Of a stretch of 64,000 nt of DNA, positions 1 to 9,932 are shown in pieces (the stretch's first letter is position 1; each line of letters begins with the position of its first letter). Under the pieces are notes generated by a model. The model was not told where the DNA came from. It made no database searches and saw only the letters and a list, made by a program, of their open reading frames with translations. Source of the stretch: Candidatus Egerieisoma sp. (GTDB lineage: Bacteria > Bacteroidota > Bacteroidia > Bacteroidales > UBA932); the NCBI GenBank assembly GCA_045531975.1, contig JAZSEZ010000052.1:34870-98869 (forward strand). The letters are read 5' to 3'. The translations under genes and the position numbers were made by a program.

Positions 1-1412
1 TTTTTGGTTGCGTTTCCCGCAATGAGTGCGTCAATGACGTATTTTATGGTACCGACTACCTTTCACACTTGGGAACCAAGCGTGCCGGTATGGCTTTCTA
101 CACAGGAACTAAATTTGTCCGCTCTATCCACTCCCTAGAAAACGGATATTTCAGAAACAAATTTGAGGATGACCTCCCTAAGTTTGGAGAATCCAATATG
201 GGTATTGGTATTATATCTGACTGCGAATCCCAACCAATTACAATAACATCACATCTTGGAAGATATGCGGTAGTTACTGTTGCAAGAATTGACAACATAG
301 AAGAACTTACCCAGGAACTGCTTGTCAAGAGACACCACTTTGCAGAACTTTCAGATTCAACCATAAACGCAACCGAGCTTGTTGCAATACTTATAGCTCA
401 GGCAAACTCACTTAAAGAGGGTATTGAACTGGTTCAGAAAAAGATTAAAGGTTCGTGCTCTATGCTTATCCTTACAGACCACGCAATTTATGCGGCAAGG
501 GACAAGTTTGGACGTACCCCTATTGTTATAGGAAAGAATGACAAAGGCTACGTATGTGCCAGTGAAAGTTCAAGCTTTGACAACTTGGGCTACAGCCACG
601 TAAGGGATCTTGGTCCGGGTGAGATTGTGCAGATTACCGCAGACGGTATGAGGGTTGTAACACCTCCTCAGGAGCGTATGCAGATGTGCTCTTTCTTGTG
701 GGTTTACTACGGTTATCCAAGTTCAAACTACGAGGGTATAAATGTAGAGGACTCACGTTACCGCAGCGGTGCGGCTATGGCCAGAAGAGATTCAGACATT
801 GAAGCCGATTTTGCAGCAGGTATTCCAGATTCAGGTGTAGGACACGCCGTTGGTTATGTAAATGAAAAAGGAATCCCTTACAAGAGACCTTTTGTAAAAT
901 ATACCCCTACCTGGCCGCGCAGCTTTATGCCGCAGAACCAGAAGATGAGAGACCTTGTGGCAAAAATGAAACTCCTTCCAAACGAGCAGTTTACCAGAGA
1001 CCAGAGAATTGTGTTTATGGACGACAGTATTGTAAGGGGCACACAGTTGAAAGACAATGTTGTAAAACTGCTTGACTCCGGAGTTAAGGAGATACATATG
1101 AGAATTGCCTGCCCTCCACTTATTTTCCCTTGTCCGTTCCTCAACTTCTCAACCTCCCGCAGTTCATTTGACCTTTATGCAAGGAGAATCATCAGAGACC
1201 TTGAGGGAACAGAGAACCTTTCAGATGAGGTATTGCAGGAATATGTTAATCCCGACAGCGAAAAGCATAAGGAGATGGTGGAGACAATGCGCAAGCATCT
1301 TCAGCTGACAACACTCAAATTCCAGAGGATTGATGACCTTATAGAGTCTATCGGATTGCCTAAATGCAAACTTTGTACACACTGCTGGGACAACAGCAGC
1401 TATCTGGAGTAA
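1..1412 (+). CDS. amidophosphoribosyltransferase-family protein (PurF-like), 5'-partial
   Basis: The reading frame is open to the window edge (FGCVSRNECVNDVFYGTDYLSHLGTKRAG precedes the listed ORF). It carries the PRTase motif FMDDSIVRGTQ and GIPDSGVGHA. Confidence 0.8.
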   Translation, partial: FGCVSRNECVNDVFYGTDYLSHLGTKRAGMAFYTGTKFVRSIHSLENGYFRNKFEDDLPKFGESNMGIGIISDCESQPITITSHLGRYAVVTVARIDNIEELTQELLVKRHHFAELSDSTINATELVAILIAQANSLKEGIELVQKKIKGSCSMLILTDHAIYAARDKFGRTPIVIGKNDKGYVCASESSSFDNLGYSHVRDLGPGEIVQITADGMRVVTPPQERMQMCSFLWVYYGYPSSNYEGINVEDSRYRSGAAMARRDSDIEADFAAGIPDSGVGHAVGYVNEKGIPYKRPFVKYTPTWPRSFMPQNQKMRDLVAKMKLLPNEQFTRDQRIVFMDDSIVRGTQLKDNVVKLLDSGVKEIHMRIACPPLIFPCPFLNFSTSRSSFDLYARRIIRDLEGTENLSDEVLQEYVNPDSEKHKEMVETMRKHLQLTTLKFQRIDDLIESIGLPKCKLCTHCWDNSSYLE

Positions 1413-1513
1413 ATGAGTGAGGATTTATCGGGAAGAAAATAATTGACACAAAATAACAACGGGAGCCTCCTTGCACGGAGGTTCTCTTTTTAATTAACCT
1501 AATTTATAAAATT

Positions 1514-3604
1514 ATGAAAAAGTGTAAATTGACACTTACATTGGTGTTATCCCTAATTGTTGCCAATCTGATGGGACAAGAATACACCGGCCCTTTCACC
1601 CATAGTCTTATGAGTGAGAAAGTTTATGACCTGATTGTTGGAGAATCATCGGGAGACAGGGCTTTTTATTACATTATGGATATTGCTCCATACGAGAGAG
1701 ACCGCAAGAGTGCAGACTATAAAGGTCTTTTTATGGAGTCTGTTTATGTTGTAGACAAACTTAAGGCTGCCGGTTTTGAGGAGGCCAAAACTGAGATTGT
1801 TGGAAAATCAAAAACTTGGGATGGTGTTAGTGCAGATGTATGGGAAGTTTCTCCCAATACTGCAAAACTTGCAGATTACAGAGATTTGGCTGCAATGCTT
1901 GGTCAGGGAAGCCAGAATGCTGATGTTACTGCAGAGCTTGCTTGGGTAGGACGCGGCACTCAGGCTGAAATTGATGCGGCTGACCTTAAAGGAAAGATTG
2001 CAGTTACTGAGGCTTCTGCAAGCAGAGTTCACGATTTGGCTGTTAAGGCTGGTGCAGTAGGTATCATCTCTTATTATTCTCCACGTCCTTTGGTTGACCC
2101 TATTCAGATTCCAAACAGCGGTATTAGAGGTGGTGAGAATGCCACTTTCTGTATAAATCTTACCCCAAGAGACGGTTATGTATTGCGTGACCGCCTTCTA
2201 CGTGGCGAGAAAATTACCGTTAAAGCCAAAATTGAGGCTACAACTGAGGAGACAAACATTGAGGTTCCTACTTGTGTAATTAAAGGTGCCAATGAGAATG
2301 CAGAGGAGATTATTCTTTGTGCACATTTGTATGAAGGATATGTGAAACTTGGTGCAAATGACAATATTTCAGGTTCGGCTGCCTTGATTGAGGTTGCACG
2401 CACCTTGAACCAGCTTATTGAGAGCGGCCAGATTGAGAGACCAGCCCGTTCTATCAGATTTATCTGGATTCCTGAGTTCCAGGGGTCTATTCCTTGGGCA
2501 CAGCAGAACAAGGAGATTTTGAGCAGAACATTGTGCAACATAAATCTTGATATGGTTGGTTTGTGGTTGAGCAAGAGCCAGTCTTTCTATTGCCTTCACA
2601 GAACCACTATGGGTAACCCTCATTATTTGAACGATGTGGCAGAGAGTTTCTACCATTATATGGGTGCAACCAACAAATCTTTTGTGGCTACCGGAATGGG
2701 AAGACCTGATGCATTGAAACCTGTAGTAAGTGTTACCGGTTCAAGAGATCCGTTCTACTACTCAATTAACGCACACTACGGTGCTTCAGACCACGAGGTG
2801 TTCAGCGACTGGGGTGTTCAGGCTCCTGGCGTTATTATGATTACCTGGCCGGACAACTACTACCACACTTCAGGTGACCGCCCTGAGATTTGTGACCCTA
2901 CACAGCTTCACAGAGCAATTGTTCTGGCTGCCGCTTCTGCCTATACTATTGCTGATGCAGATGCACAGGATGCAGTTAAGATTGCTTCAGAGGTTGCTGC
3001 AAATGGGGTGAAACGTATGTCAATTAAGATGAAACAGAATCTGGCTGCTATGAATGATGCAAGTGCTGATGAGTTTGCTGCCCTTTACAGAGCTGCCAAA
3101 TTCAATCAGGATGCTATGCTTAACAACGAGATTGCAACATTGGGTACCGTTCTTGAACTTGCCCCTGCAAGCGCTTCCCTTAAAGAGCTTGTTGCAACTA
3201 TGCAGGAGAGTGTAAAAGCTGCCTGGGCTGCAAACAACAAGAATATTGATGCAGCTATGAAAGTTAAGGCTACCGCTCTTGGTGTTGCTCCGTTTAAAGG
3301 TGTTACCCTTACAGCTGCAGAGAAAGCCGCTTCAAAGATATATCCTAAGAGTACTGCAAAGGTTAAGGAGTTCGGTTATGGCGTTTTGAACTCTGTTCCA
3401 AGAGACCTTATGGCAAAATATGGTTTTGCACAGCGCGGTGCGGTTAAGAACGGCGGTGAGATTGCAAAACTTACCACAAACGGCACAAACAGCATTCTTG
3501 ACATTAAGAAGATGCTTGATGCCCAGTTCCCTGCTGCAGACAGCCTTGAAACTGTTACCAAATATATTGAGATGTTGAAAGAAGCAGGGCTTGTTACCTA
3601 CTAA
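1514..3604 (+). CDS. M28 family metallopeptidase with PA domain, secreted
   Basis: Has an N-terminal signal peptide and M28-type motifs NDNISGSAALIEVARTL and HYGASDHEVF. Confidence 0.8.
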   Translation: MKKCKLTLTLVLSLIVANLMGQEYTGPFTHSLMSEKVYDLIVGESSGDRAFYYIMDIAPYERDRKSADYKGLFMESVYVVDKLKAAGFEEAKTEIVGKSKTWDGVSADVWEVSPNTAKLADYRDLAAMLGQGSQNADVTAELAWVGRGTQAEIDAADLKGKIAVTEASASRVHDLAVKAGAVGIISYYSPRPLVDPIQIPNSGIRGGENATFCINLTPRDGYVLRDRLLRGEKITVKAKIEATTEETNIEVPTCVIKGANENAEEIILCAHLYEGYVKLGANDNISGSAALIEVARTLNQLIESGQIERPARSIRFIWIPEFQGSIPWAQQNKEILSRTLCNINLDMVGLWLSKSQSFYCLHRTTMGNPHYLNDVAESFYHYMGATNKSFVATGMGRPDALKPVVSVTGSRDPFYYSINAHYGASDHEVFSDWGVQAPGVIMITWPDNYYHTSGDRPEICDPTQLHRAIVLAAASAYTIADADAQDAVKIASEVAANGVKRMSIKMKQNLAAMNDASADEFAALYRAAKFNQDAMLNNEIATLGTVLELAPASASLKELVATMQESVKAAWAANNKNIDAAMKVKATALGVAPFKGVTLTAAEKAASKIYPKSTAKVKEFGYGVLNSVPRDLMAKYGFAQRGAVKNGGEIAKLTTNGTNSILDIKKMLDAQFPAADSLETVTKYIEMLKEAGLVTY

Positions 3605-3731
3605 AATTGTGACGTTGTCCTAATTTGTAATTAACTGATACCCAGGGGTATCAAAAAAACGGGGTTTATAACCCCGTTTTTGTTAATATCTGATAATTAA
3701 CTAATTACAAATTAGGACAACGTCACAATTT
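3604..3731. repeat. 128-bp MITE-like element bounded by perfect 30-bp inverted repeats
   Basis: 3604-3633 AAATTGTGACGTTGTCCTAATTTGTAATTA is the exact reverse complement of 3702-3731. The interior carries two nested hairpins. The arms abut the stop codons of both convergent genes. Confidence 0.85.
3653..3681. terminator. bidirectional rho-independent terminator
   Basis: AAAAAAACGGGGTTTATAACCCCGTTTTT is a GC stem flanked by an A-run and a T-run, between convergent genes. Confidence 0.8.
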
Positions 3732-5361
3732 ATTTTGCTACTGCTCTCTTGTAGGTATCAGAGTAGCCAGGGAACATTGGTTGAGGAGGAACGCGGTCTG
3801 AGTGGCCGTTGTTTTTGAATGAGCCGTCAGGGTTCTGATGTTTGGTGTTTCCGTCAATGAATTTTACAAGAAGGTATTCATCCAATGATTTCCATTTTGC
3901 AAACAGGGCGTCTGCCTGGGAAACTGAGAACTCTGTAAGGTATTTTTGTACAGCTTTGCCGGAACGGAGTTTCAATGCGGCCTCATCAGCAGCAGCAACA
4001 GCCTCCATCATTGCAAGCTCGTGTGCATCAACATTTTCACGCACCTCTTTACCAATATGGTTGTAGCGCAAATATGCAAACTGTGCAATACGGTTCTGCA
4101 ACCAGAACATAGAGGTAGGTGAGTACTCCAACATACTTCCGTTGCCAAGGGCGTAATGCTCTGAAATTCCATTTATGCAAGTGTAGAATGGAGACAATGG
4201 AGATGTGCCGGCATCATCAACAGCAAACCAGAACAAACCGCCAATTTCATCTGGCAACCATCCGCGGCATTGTCCTACAAACCAGAAACCGGTCTGCTGG
4301 GTAGCAATTGCACGCTCGTTCAATCCCTTTTTGCCGTCAATTACATATGAAGAAGGTCTCCAACGGTAAGGCAACTCATTTCCACCTGCAGCAATTCCAA
4401 TAGTCATATCAAACTCGGTACCCTCATAATGGTCGCGCATCATATCTGCCACATCCTTAACGGAAAGTTTCTCTTTAGCCTTAACATACAAAGGCATACG
4501 GTTTTTAGGATTGTCGCCGCGGGCAAAATCAAGATATTTGTCCATATCTTCTGCGCCGTGTTTGCGGAAGAAGCTCCATACACGTGCCTCACAAGATCTC
4601 ATACCTGAAAAATCAAGCGGACCGTAAGTATCGGCAAAGCTGAAATCGCTTCCGTCACCCTCATAAAGGCCACACTCGCGGGCGTGATCCACTACATCTG
4701 CAGCATAAAGGCAGTTCTGCGGATCATCCTTAGGGAATGTGGTAATTCTGGCACAATTGGCGTGTGCAGAGATATAACCGTCGGGAATACGGATTGCCAC
4801 CCAAACGGCACCCTTGTTAAGGTTCACCCCATTCTCATATTTTGGTTTGCGCGCAATAATGTCCATAAACCACACCTCATTCTTATCTGCAAATGAAATG
4901 GATTCTCCTCCCGATGCATATCCGTATTCATCTGCCAGTGCAGTGAAAATTTCAATTGCCTCGCGGGCAGTTTTGGCCCTCTGCAGGGTAATGTATATCA
5001 ACGAACCATAATCCAGAATTGCAGTAGTATCCCTGAACTCCTCAAGGCCACCCCAAGTGGATTCTCCAATAAGAACCTGGTGTTCATTCATATTCCCGAT
5101 AACATTATAAGTATACTCTACCTGAGGAATATATCCCAAGAATCGCTCTTTTCCCCACTCCCTAACTTCAATCATTTCACCTTTCTTATGGAATCCGCGT
5201 GGCATATAAACCAATGTGCCGTAACGTGTATGCGAGTCTGCAGCATAACTTACCATAACCGAACCATCCTTACTGGCCCCCTTGGAAATCAATAGATTGG
5301 TACACGCAAAAGCCTCTGCTGTAAAAAGTGCCACCAATAATATGCATATAAGTTTTTTCAT
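3730..5361 (-). CDS. C69 family dipeptidase
   Basis: A signal peptide is followed by the Cys nucleophile context AFACTNLLISKGASKDGSVM, typical of peptidase C69. Confidence 0.85.
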   Translation of the reverse strand: MKKLICILLVALFTAEAFACTNLLISKGASKDGSVMVSYAADSHTRYGTLVYMPRGFHKKGEMIEVREWGKERFLGYIPQVEYTYNVIGNMNEHQVLIGESTWGGLEEFRDTTAILDYGSLIYITLQRAKTAREAIEIFTALADEYGYASGGESISFADKNEVWFMDIIARKPKYENGVNLNKGAVWVAIRIPDGYISAHANCARITTFPKDDPQNCLYAADVVDHARECGLYEGDGSDFSFADTYGPLDFSGMRSCEARVWSFFRKHGAEDMDKYLDFARGDNPKNRMPLYVKAKEKLSVKDVADMMRDHYEGTEFDMTIGIAAGGNELPYRWRPSSYVIDGKKGLNERAIATQQTGFWFVGQCRGWLPDEIGGLFWFAVDDAGTSPLSPFYTCINGISEHYALGNGSMLEYSPTSMFWLQNRIAQFAYLRYNHIGKEVRENVDAHELAMMEAVAAADEAALKLRSGKAVQKYLTEFSVSQADALFAKWKSLDEYLLVKFIDGNTKHQNPDGSFKNNGHSDRVPPQPMFPGYSDTYKRAVAK

Positions 5362-5433
5362 AAGTATTTTGTATTAAATCTGATAACAAAGATATAAATT
5401 TGTAGAGCAAAAGAACACTCAAAACATTCAGCT

Positions 5434-6603
5434 ATGCATATTTTTAGATTTCTACCGGTTATTGCCGCATCACTTGTGATGCTTCTTTCCTGTACCCCAA
5501 CACGTGAGCAGCGTACAGACGAGGCACTGAAAGTTATTATGGATGAATATAATACTGTTGGCCTTGCAGTTGCAGTTGTAAAGGATGGCAAGTTCATTTA
5601 CAACAAATCTTTCGGATACAAAGATCTTGCAAACAAAATTCCATTGCAGAACGGTGATATAGTTAGAATTGCATCGGCTTCAAAGTCATTTACCGCTACA
5701 GGTCTGATGCAGCTTGTAGATAAAGGGCTCGTCTCTCTTGATGATGATGTAAGTGACCTTATAGGTTTCAGAGTGAGAAACCCTCATCATCCAAATACTC
5801 CAATTACCCTTAGAATGATTCTGTCCCATACAGCCAGCATAAATGACAACGGGGAAAACTATTTTACATTGGACCACATTAACCCGGCAGTTAACGGTGA
5901 TTGTGCAGATGCCTACTTCACATATGGTCCGGGTGAGGGGTACAACTACTCAAATATGGGTATGAACCTTGCCGGAGCAATACTTGAAAAGATATCGGGA
6001 GTAAGATTTGACAATTATATTAGAGATAATATCATCAAACCTCTGGGCCTGTACGGCGGGCATAATGTTGATTCTTTGGATGCCAGCAGGTTTGCCCTTA
6101 TTTACAAGAATGTGGATGGCGAGTGGGTAGCCTCTGACGGCCCTTACAAAAGCAGGGCTGAGGATATGCCGGGTTATATTTTGGGATATTCTGCACCAAT
6201 CTTTTCCCCTACCGGAGGTGTTAAAATGTCTGTAGAGGATTTGGCAAAATATGTGATGATGCACATTAACTACGGCCAGCTGAACGGCGTGCGCATTATC
6301 TCTGAAGAGAGTTCAAGAATTATGCAGACTCCTGTTCCGTTTACCAAAGGGGATGCCAAAAACACATACTGCCTTGGCCTGGGTGAATTCCCATACCAGA
6401 CAGATGAGCCAAAATACAATGTTCCTGGCAATTACCTTATAGGGCACTCTGCCGGCTCATACGGCCTCAGCGGAATTATGCTGTGGAGCCCTTCAGACAA
6501 ATGGGGTATGGTTGCAATGGCAACCGGCCTCACCCCTGTACCGGGCAAAAGTTTCCTTCAGCGCATTGCTACTGATGTTTACCACGCCTGTGTGGAGGAG
6601 TAA
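5434..6603 (+). CDS. serine hydrolase, beta-lactamase-related (S12-like) lipoprotein
   Basis: Has the S-x-x-K motif SASKSF and the lipobox-like LLSC. Confidence 0.75.
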   Translation: MHIFRFLPVIAASLVMLLSCTPTREQRTDEALKVIMDEYNTVGLAVAVVKDGKFIYNKSFGYKDLANKIPLQNGDIVRIASASKSFTATGLMQLVDKGLVSLDDDVSDLIGFRVRNPHHPNTPITLRMILSHTASINDNGENYFTLDHINPAVNGDCADAYFTYGPGEGYNYSNMGMNLAGAILEKISGVRFDNYIRDNIIKPLGLYGGHNVDSLDASRFALIYKNVDGEWVASDGPYKSRAEDMPGYILGYSAPIFSPTGGVKMSVEDLAKYVMMHINYGQLNGVRIISEESSRIMQTPVPFTKGDAKNTYCLGLGEFPYQTDEPKYNVPGNYLIGHSAGSYGLSGIMLWSPSDKWGMVAMATGLTPVPGKSFLQRIATDVYHACVEE

Positions 6604-6610
6604 TTTCTTC

Positions 6611-6633
6611 TTCCCGATAGTTTCTGTCGGGAA
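6611..6633. repeat. inverted pair of the over-represented TTCCCGAYA motif
   Basis: TTCCCGATAGTTTCTGTCGGGAA forms a hairpin immediately 5' of the terminator at 6644. Confidence 0.8.
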
Positions 6634-6643
6634 TATGATAAAG

Positions 6644-6671
6644 AAGGTGGTCTTTTGGGGACCACCTTTTT
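6644..6671. terminator. rho-independent terminator between convergent genes
   Basis: AAGGTGGTCTTTTGGGGACCACCTTTTT. Confidence 0.75.
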
Positions 6672-6690
6672 CTGCTATGCAACTTCTATA

Positions 6691-7878
6691 TCAGTTCAAT
6701 TTTTGGATATCCAAACCCGTAGGGCTCTGGAATATTTTCAGATCAAAGATGTGAAGCATTGCCAGAATATGGTCAAACACCTCTCCCTGCAGATGCTCAT
6801 ACCTCAACCAGGCAGTGTCTGCAGAGAAGAAATAAAGTTCAACAGGAATACCCTGAGGTGTTGGCTGCAACTGACGCACCAACATAGTCATCTCCTTGTG
6901 TACCTTAGGGTGGTTCTTTATGTAATACTCCAGATAATGTCTGAAAATATAAAGGTTAACCTCCTCTTTACCTGTAGCCTCAAATCCCTCCATCCACGGC
7001 TGTTTTCTGAAATTCTCCATCTCCTGGGCAGTGCAGAAGCGCACGGTATGCATATCAATGTTAATTGATCTCTTAATACGTCTGCCGCCTATATCAAACA
7101 TACCTCTCCAGTTCTGGAAAGAATCATTGACCAGGGCATAAGGTGGAACTGTTGTAATGGTCTTGTCCCAGTTGCGCACTTTAACAGTTGTTAGAGTAAC
7201 CTCTATTACATCACCATCTGCGCCATATTTGGGAACTGTAATCCAGTCGCCAGGGCGCAACATGTCATTAACCATAAGCTGTATACCGGCAACCAAGCCT
7301 TTTATGGTATCCTGGAACACCAACATAAGAATGGCGGTACCGGCACCCAAACCAGTTAAAACGGCAATTGGATTTTTATCTATAAGGGTGCTTATGATTA
7401 TTATTGCCCCAATACATACAACTACCAGTTTGAGCATCTGATAAAACCCTTTCAATGAATGGTCTTTCAGTTTCTCGTGCTGGGATGACATATTGTAGAT
7501 AGAATCTATAAATGCAAATACCAGTTTTACAGCCACTATGGTAATGTAAATCCAGCAGAACTTAAGGATAAATACCCTCAATGACGGCTCATCATGCAAT
7601 GCAAATGGGATGAGGGTATAAATTACAATTGGAGCCACAAGTCTGCATACACTTGCCAGAACCTCATCGCTGAGCAAATAGTCATCCCAGCTGTTTTCTG
7701 TTTTTGAAGTGACCTTACGGATTGTTGGGATAATTATCCTCTTGCACACCTTGTTAAGAACAAATGCCACAATCAGAATTGCAGCAATAGCCCCAACCTT
7801 AAGCAACAATGTTATATATTCCTCTGCAACACCCAACTGCTGTAGCCATTGGGCCAAACCATTATCTATTGTTTCCAT
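6691..7878 (-). CDS. mechanosensitive ion channel (MscS family) protein
   Basis: Has N-terminal TM helices plus the MscS beta-domain segment GDWITVPKYGADGDVIEVTLTTVKVRNWDKTITTVP. Confidence 0.8.
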   Translation of the reverse strand: METIDNGLAQWLQQLGVAEEYITLLLKVGAIAAILIVAFVLNKVCKRIIIPTIRKVTSKTENSWDDYLLSDEVLASVCRLVAPIVIYTLIPFALHDEPSLRVFILKFCWIYITIVAVKLVFAFIDSIYNMSSQHEKLKDHSLKGFYQMLKLVVVCIGAIIIISTLIDKNPIAVLTGLGAGTAILMLVFQDTIKGLVAGIQLMVNDMLRPGDWITVPKYGADGDVIEVTLTTVKVRNWDKTITTVPPYALVNDSFQNWRGMFDIGGRRIKRSINIDMHTVRFCTAQEMENFRKQPWMEGFEATGKEEVNLYIFRHYLEYYIKNHPKVHKEMTMLVRQLQPTPQGIPVELYFFSADTAWLRYEHLQGEVFDHILAMLHIFDLKIFQSPTGLDIQKLN

Positions 7879-8027
7879 ATTTACGTCTTAAAAATTAATG
7901 TCCCTTTTTCTGCTACCACAGAGAAGCTCCCGGCATCTCACTGCAAAAATAAGCAAAAACTGCACACCAGTATTGCAAAAAATGTACCTTTGCGCTCCCA
8001 TTTGAGAACAAAACGGTCTTCACGCAA

Positions 8028-8272
8028 ATGACAAGAATAGAGTATGAAAAAAAGACAGTAGAGACAATGATCCGCCTCTACTGCAAATTGCATAAGCACA
8101 ACAACGGCCAGCCATTGTGTGAAGATTGCTCCCAACTGTTGGTATATGCCCCATCCACTGTTACACCCCCCGTATGCGTGAACAGATGCGCGCCGTAATG
8201 CGCTTCTGTGGCCCCCGAATGATACTTTACCACCCCATAATGGCAATCAGGCACCTTTGGGCAGAGAGGTAA
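8028..8272 (+). pseudogene. nitrous-oxide-stimulated-promoter (YgbA-like) family gene, disrupted by internal deletion and frameshift
   Basis: The N-terminal part MTRIEYEKKTVETMIRLYCKLHKHNNGQPLCEDCSQLLVYA is in one frame. The C-terminal part CPIHCYTPRMREQMRAVMRFCGPRMILYHPIMAIRHL is in another frame starting at 8147. The roughly 18-aa Cys-rich middle segment of the family is missing. Confidence 0.55.
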
Positions 8273-8900
8273 TCGGTAAGCTCTTTAGCTTTTCTATCTC
8301 CCTCTGCAACAGCTCCAGGAACGTTGCGCCGTGCCCGCCATCCATTTGGGAATGGTGGAACTGGAATGAGATTGGGAGGGTTGTCCTGAACCACCCCTTG
8401 CGGTATTTGCCCCACATTACCATTGGGTTGTTGAACTTGTCTGTGTGCTGATTAACAATGCAGTCCAACTCTGTCTGCACCATTGCAGAGGTTCCCACAA
8501 TCATATAATCCTCCAGAAATGTACTTTTGCACTCGGCTGAGGCCTGCGCTGTAAGGCTCTGGTATGCCTCAACAAACTCTTTCACATCACCCGTAAATGG
8601 GATATCACAAGAATTGATTCCCCCTTTGCAGTTGTTTACAATCACATTTATAGCTATGCTATCAAACTTGTACAGTTTGTCTTTATCGGGAAGAAGATAG
8701 AACTCCTCCATTTGGGTTGCTGCCTTTCCAATGCACCAGCAGAGGAGGGCGTTGAATTTCATTCCCAACTTCCGGCTTGCCTTAAGCAAGTTGCTCACAT
8801 CAAAGGTTTTGGTAAGAGTAACCATTGGCATAGGCGAGGTCATCCACATCTGGAATGCCTCTGCCCTGGTTGTATCTTGTGGATTTACTTCTGTTCTCAT
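8247..8900 (-). CDS. chloramphenicol acetyltransferase (type A CAT) family protein
   Basis: Has the catalytic-site context FQFHHSQMDGGHG. Length is 217 aa. Confidence 0.75.
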   Translation of the reverse strand: MRTEVNPQDTTRAEAFQMWMTSPMPMVTLTKTFDVSNLLKASRKLGMKFNALLCWCIGKAATQMEEFYLLPDKDKLYKFDSIAINVIVNNCKGGINSCDIPFTGDVKEFVEAYQSLTAQASAECKSTFLEDYMIVGTSAMVQTELDCIVNQHTDKFNNPMVMWGKYRKGWFRTTLPISFQFHHSQMDGGHGATFLELLQREIEKLKSLPITSLPKGA

Positions 8901-8949
8901 ACTTCAAAGATACAGTTTATTGCCGCTTCCTGCAATTCAACAAATCATA

Positions 8950-9004
8950 TTCCCGACAGAATCATCGGGAATAAAAAGCCTCCCCACCATCAGGCAGAGA
9001 GGCT
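8950..9004. repeat. 55-bp direct repeat copy A (motif hairpin plus terminator hairpin)
   Basis: TTCCCGACAGAATCATCGGGAATAAAAAGCCTCCCCACCATCAGGCAGAGAGGCT matches 9933-9987 at 53 of 55 positions. Confidence 0.9.
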
Positions 9005-9064
9005 TTCTACCTCCTCAATTGCAGTTAAAATATCATGCAACGATTTCTTTACCACATCATCCAT
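8990..9064 (-). pseudogene. remnant (24 codons) of a HEPN/DUF86 toxin gene
   Basis: MDDVVKKSLHDILTAIEEVESLSA* overlaps the upstream nucleotidyltransferase stop by 8 nt (ATGGATGA). This matches the DUF86 N-terminal pattern, and the ORF ends inside repeat copy A. Confidence 0.55.
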
Positions 9065-9362
9065 AGATTAACATTTTTGAAGAATCAATACTCTTTCTTA
9101 AATATGGGTTCCTGATAGCCTGCTCTTCAAGCAAATCTACCTCTCTACCCAAAACTTCCTGCAAGGAATCTTTCAGGTTATAATAATTGTCAAAATAATC
9201 CGAGATATCTTCTTTATTAAAATCGACAACAAGATCAATATCGCTCTCCTTGTTAAATCTCTCAGTAAGGATTGAGCCAAACACAAACAACTTGTTCACC
9301 TTGTACATCTGGCACAAAGCAATAATCGTCTGCATATTTCTCTCAATCAATTTCATAAACAA
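9057..9362 (-). CDS. nucleotidyltransferase-domain protein (MNT-type antitoxin)
   Basis: Has the minimal NTase motif FGSILTERFNKESDIDLVVDF. Length is 101 aa. Confidence 0.75.
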   Translation of the reverse strand: MFMKLIERNMQTIIALCQMYKVNKLFVFGSILTERFNKESDIDLVVDFNKEDISDYFDNYYNLKDSLQEVLGREVDLLEEQAIRNPYLRKSIDSSKMLIYG

Positions 9363-9720
9363 GGATTTTCACAAATAAACAATTTTTCTTTTAAAGAGTT
9401 ATCCCACAAAAAATCCCGACAGTTCTTCAACCGTCAGGATTTTATAAACACTATCTCTAAACTTTTCCCCTCCTCCGTTGTTATATAGATGAAATAGTTT
9501 TTTAAGTTAGGTTAAGTCGGGCAGACCCTGCAGCTTCGGGATGAGGTTGTGGGGTTTGTTTTTCTTCTCTACAAGTGAATAAGTATATCCTTAATACGTG
9601 TTAAGACTTGGGGCAATGTATCTTTACATCACCCCCTTCATCAACGAAACTAAAATACCCAACCCTAAGTAACTATTAAATGGTCAGGTAGCGTCATCCA
9701 TAATTGAGAGAGCATTATAC

Positions 9721-9865
9721 CCCAAGAGGTTAAGCACGCCTACCGCCGCTACAGGTGCTTCCAGGGCATATTGGCGTGCTCATCCCCCATCGTCCAAGGA
9801 TGGTTAAGCACACCCACCGCCCCCAGAGACACCTGCAGGGCACATAGCCGTGCTTAACCTCTTGG
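9721..9865. repeat. REP-doublet cluster 1
   Basis: CCCAAGAGGTTAAGCACGCC...GGCGTGCT and GGTTAAGCAC...GTGCTTAACCTCTTGG. The outer arms AAGAGGTTAAG / CTTAACCTCTT match the clusters at 48339 and 49594. Confidence 0.8.
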
Positions 9866-9932
9866 AGGAATCACCATCAGCAGGGCAAACAACAAAAAAG
9901 GCGGCCTCAAAAAGACCACCTTCTCTATCTTT

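Noticed and set aside
8247-8900. The CAT-family gene as an acquired chloramphenicol-resistance determinant.
   Set aside because: The catalytic HHxxxDG context is present, but CAT-fold acetyltransferases of unknown substrate are common core genes in Bacteroidota. Nothing in the sequence (flanking IS, integron, GC shift) demonstrates acquisition or resistance function. It is kept only as a family-level call.
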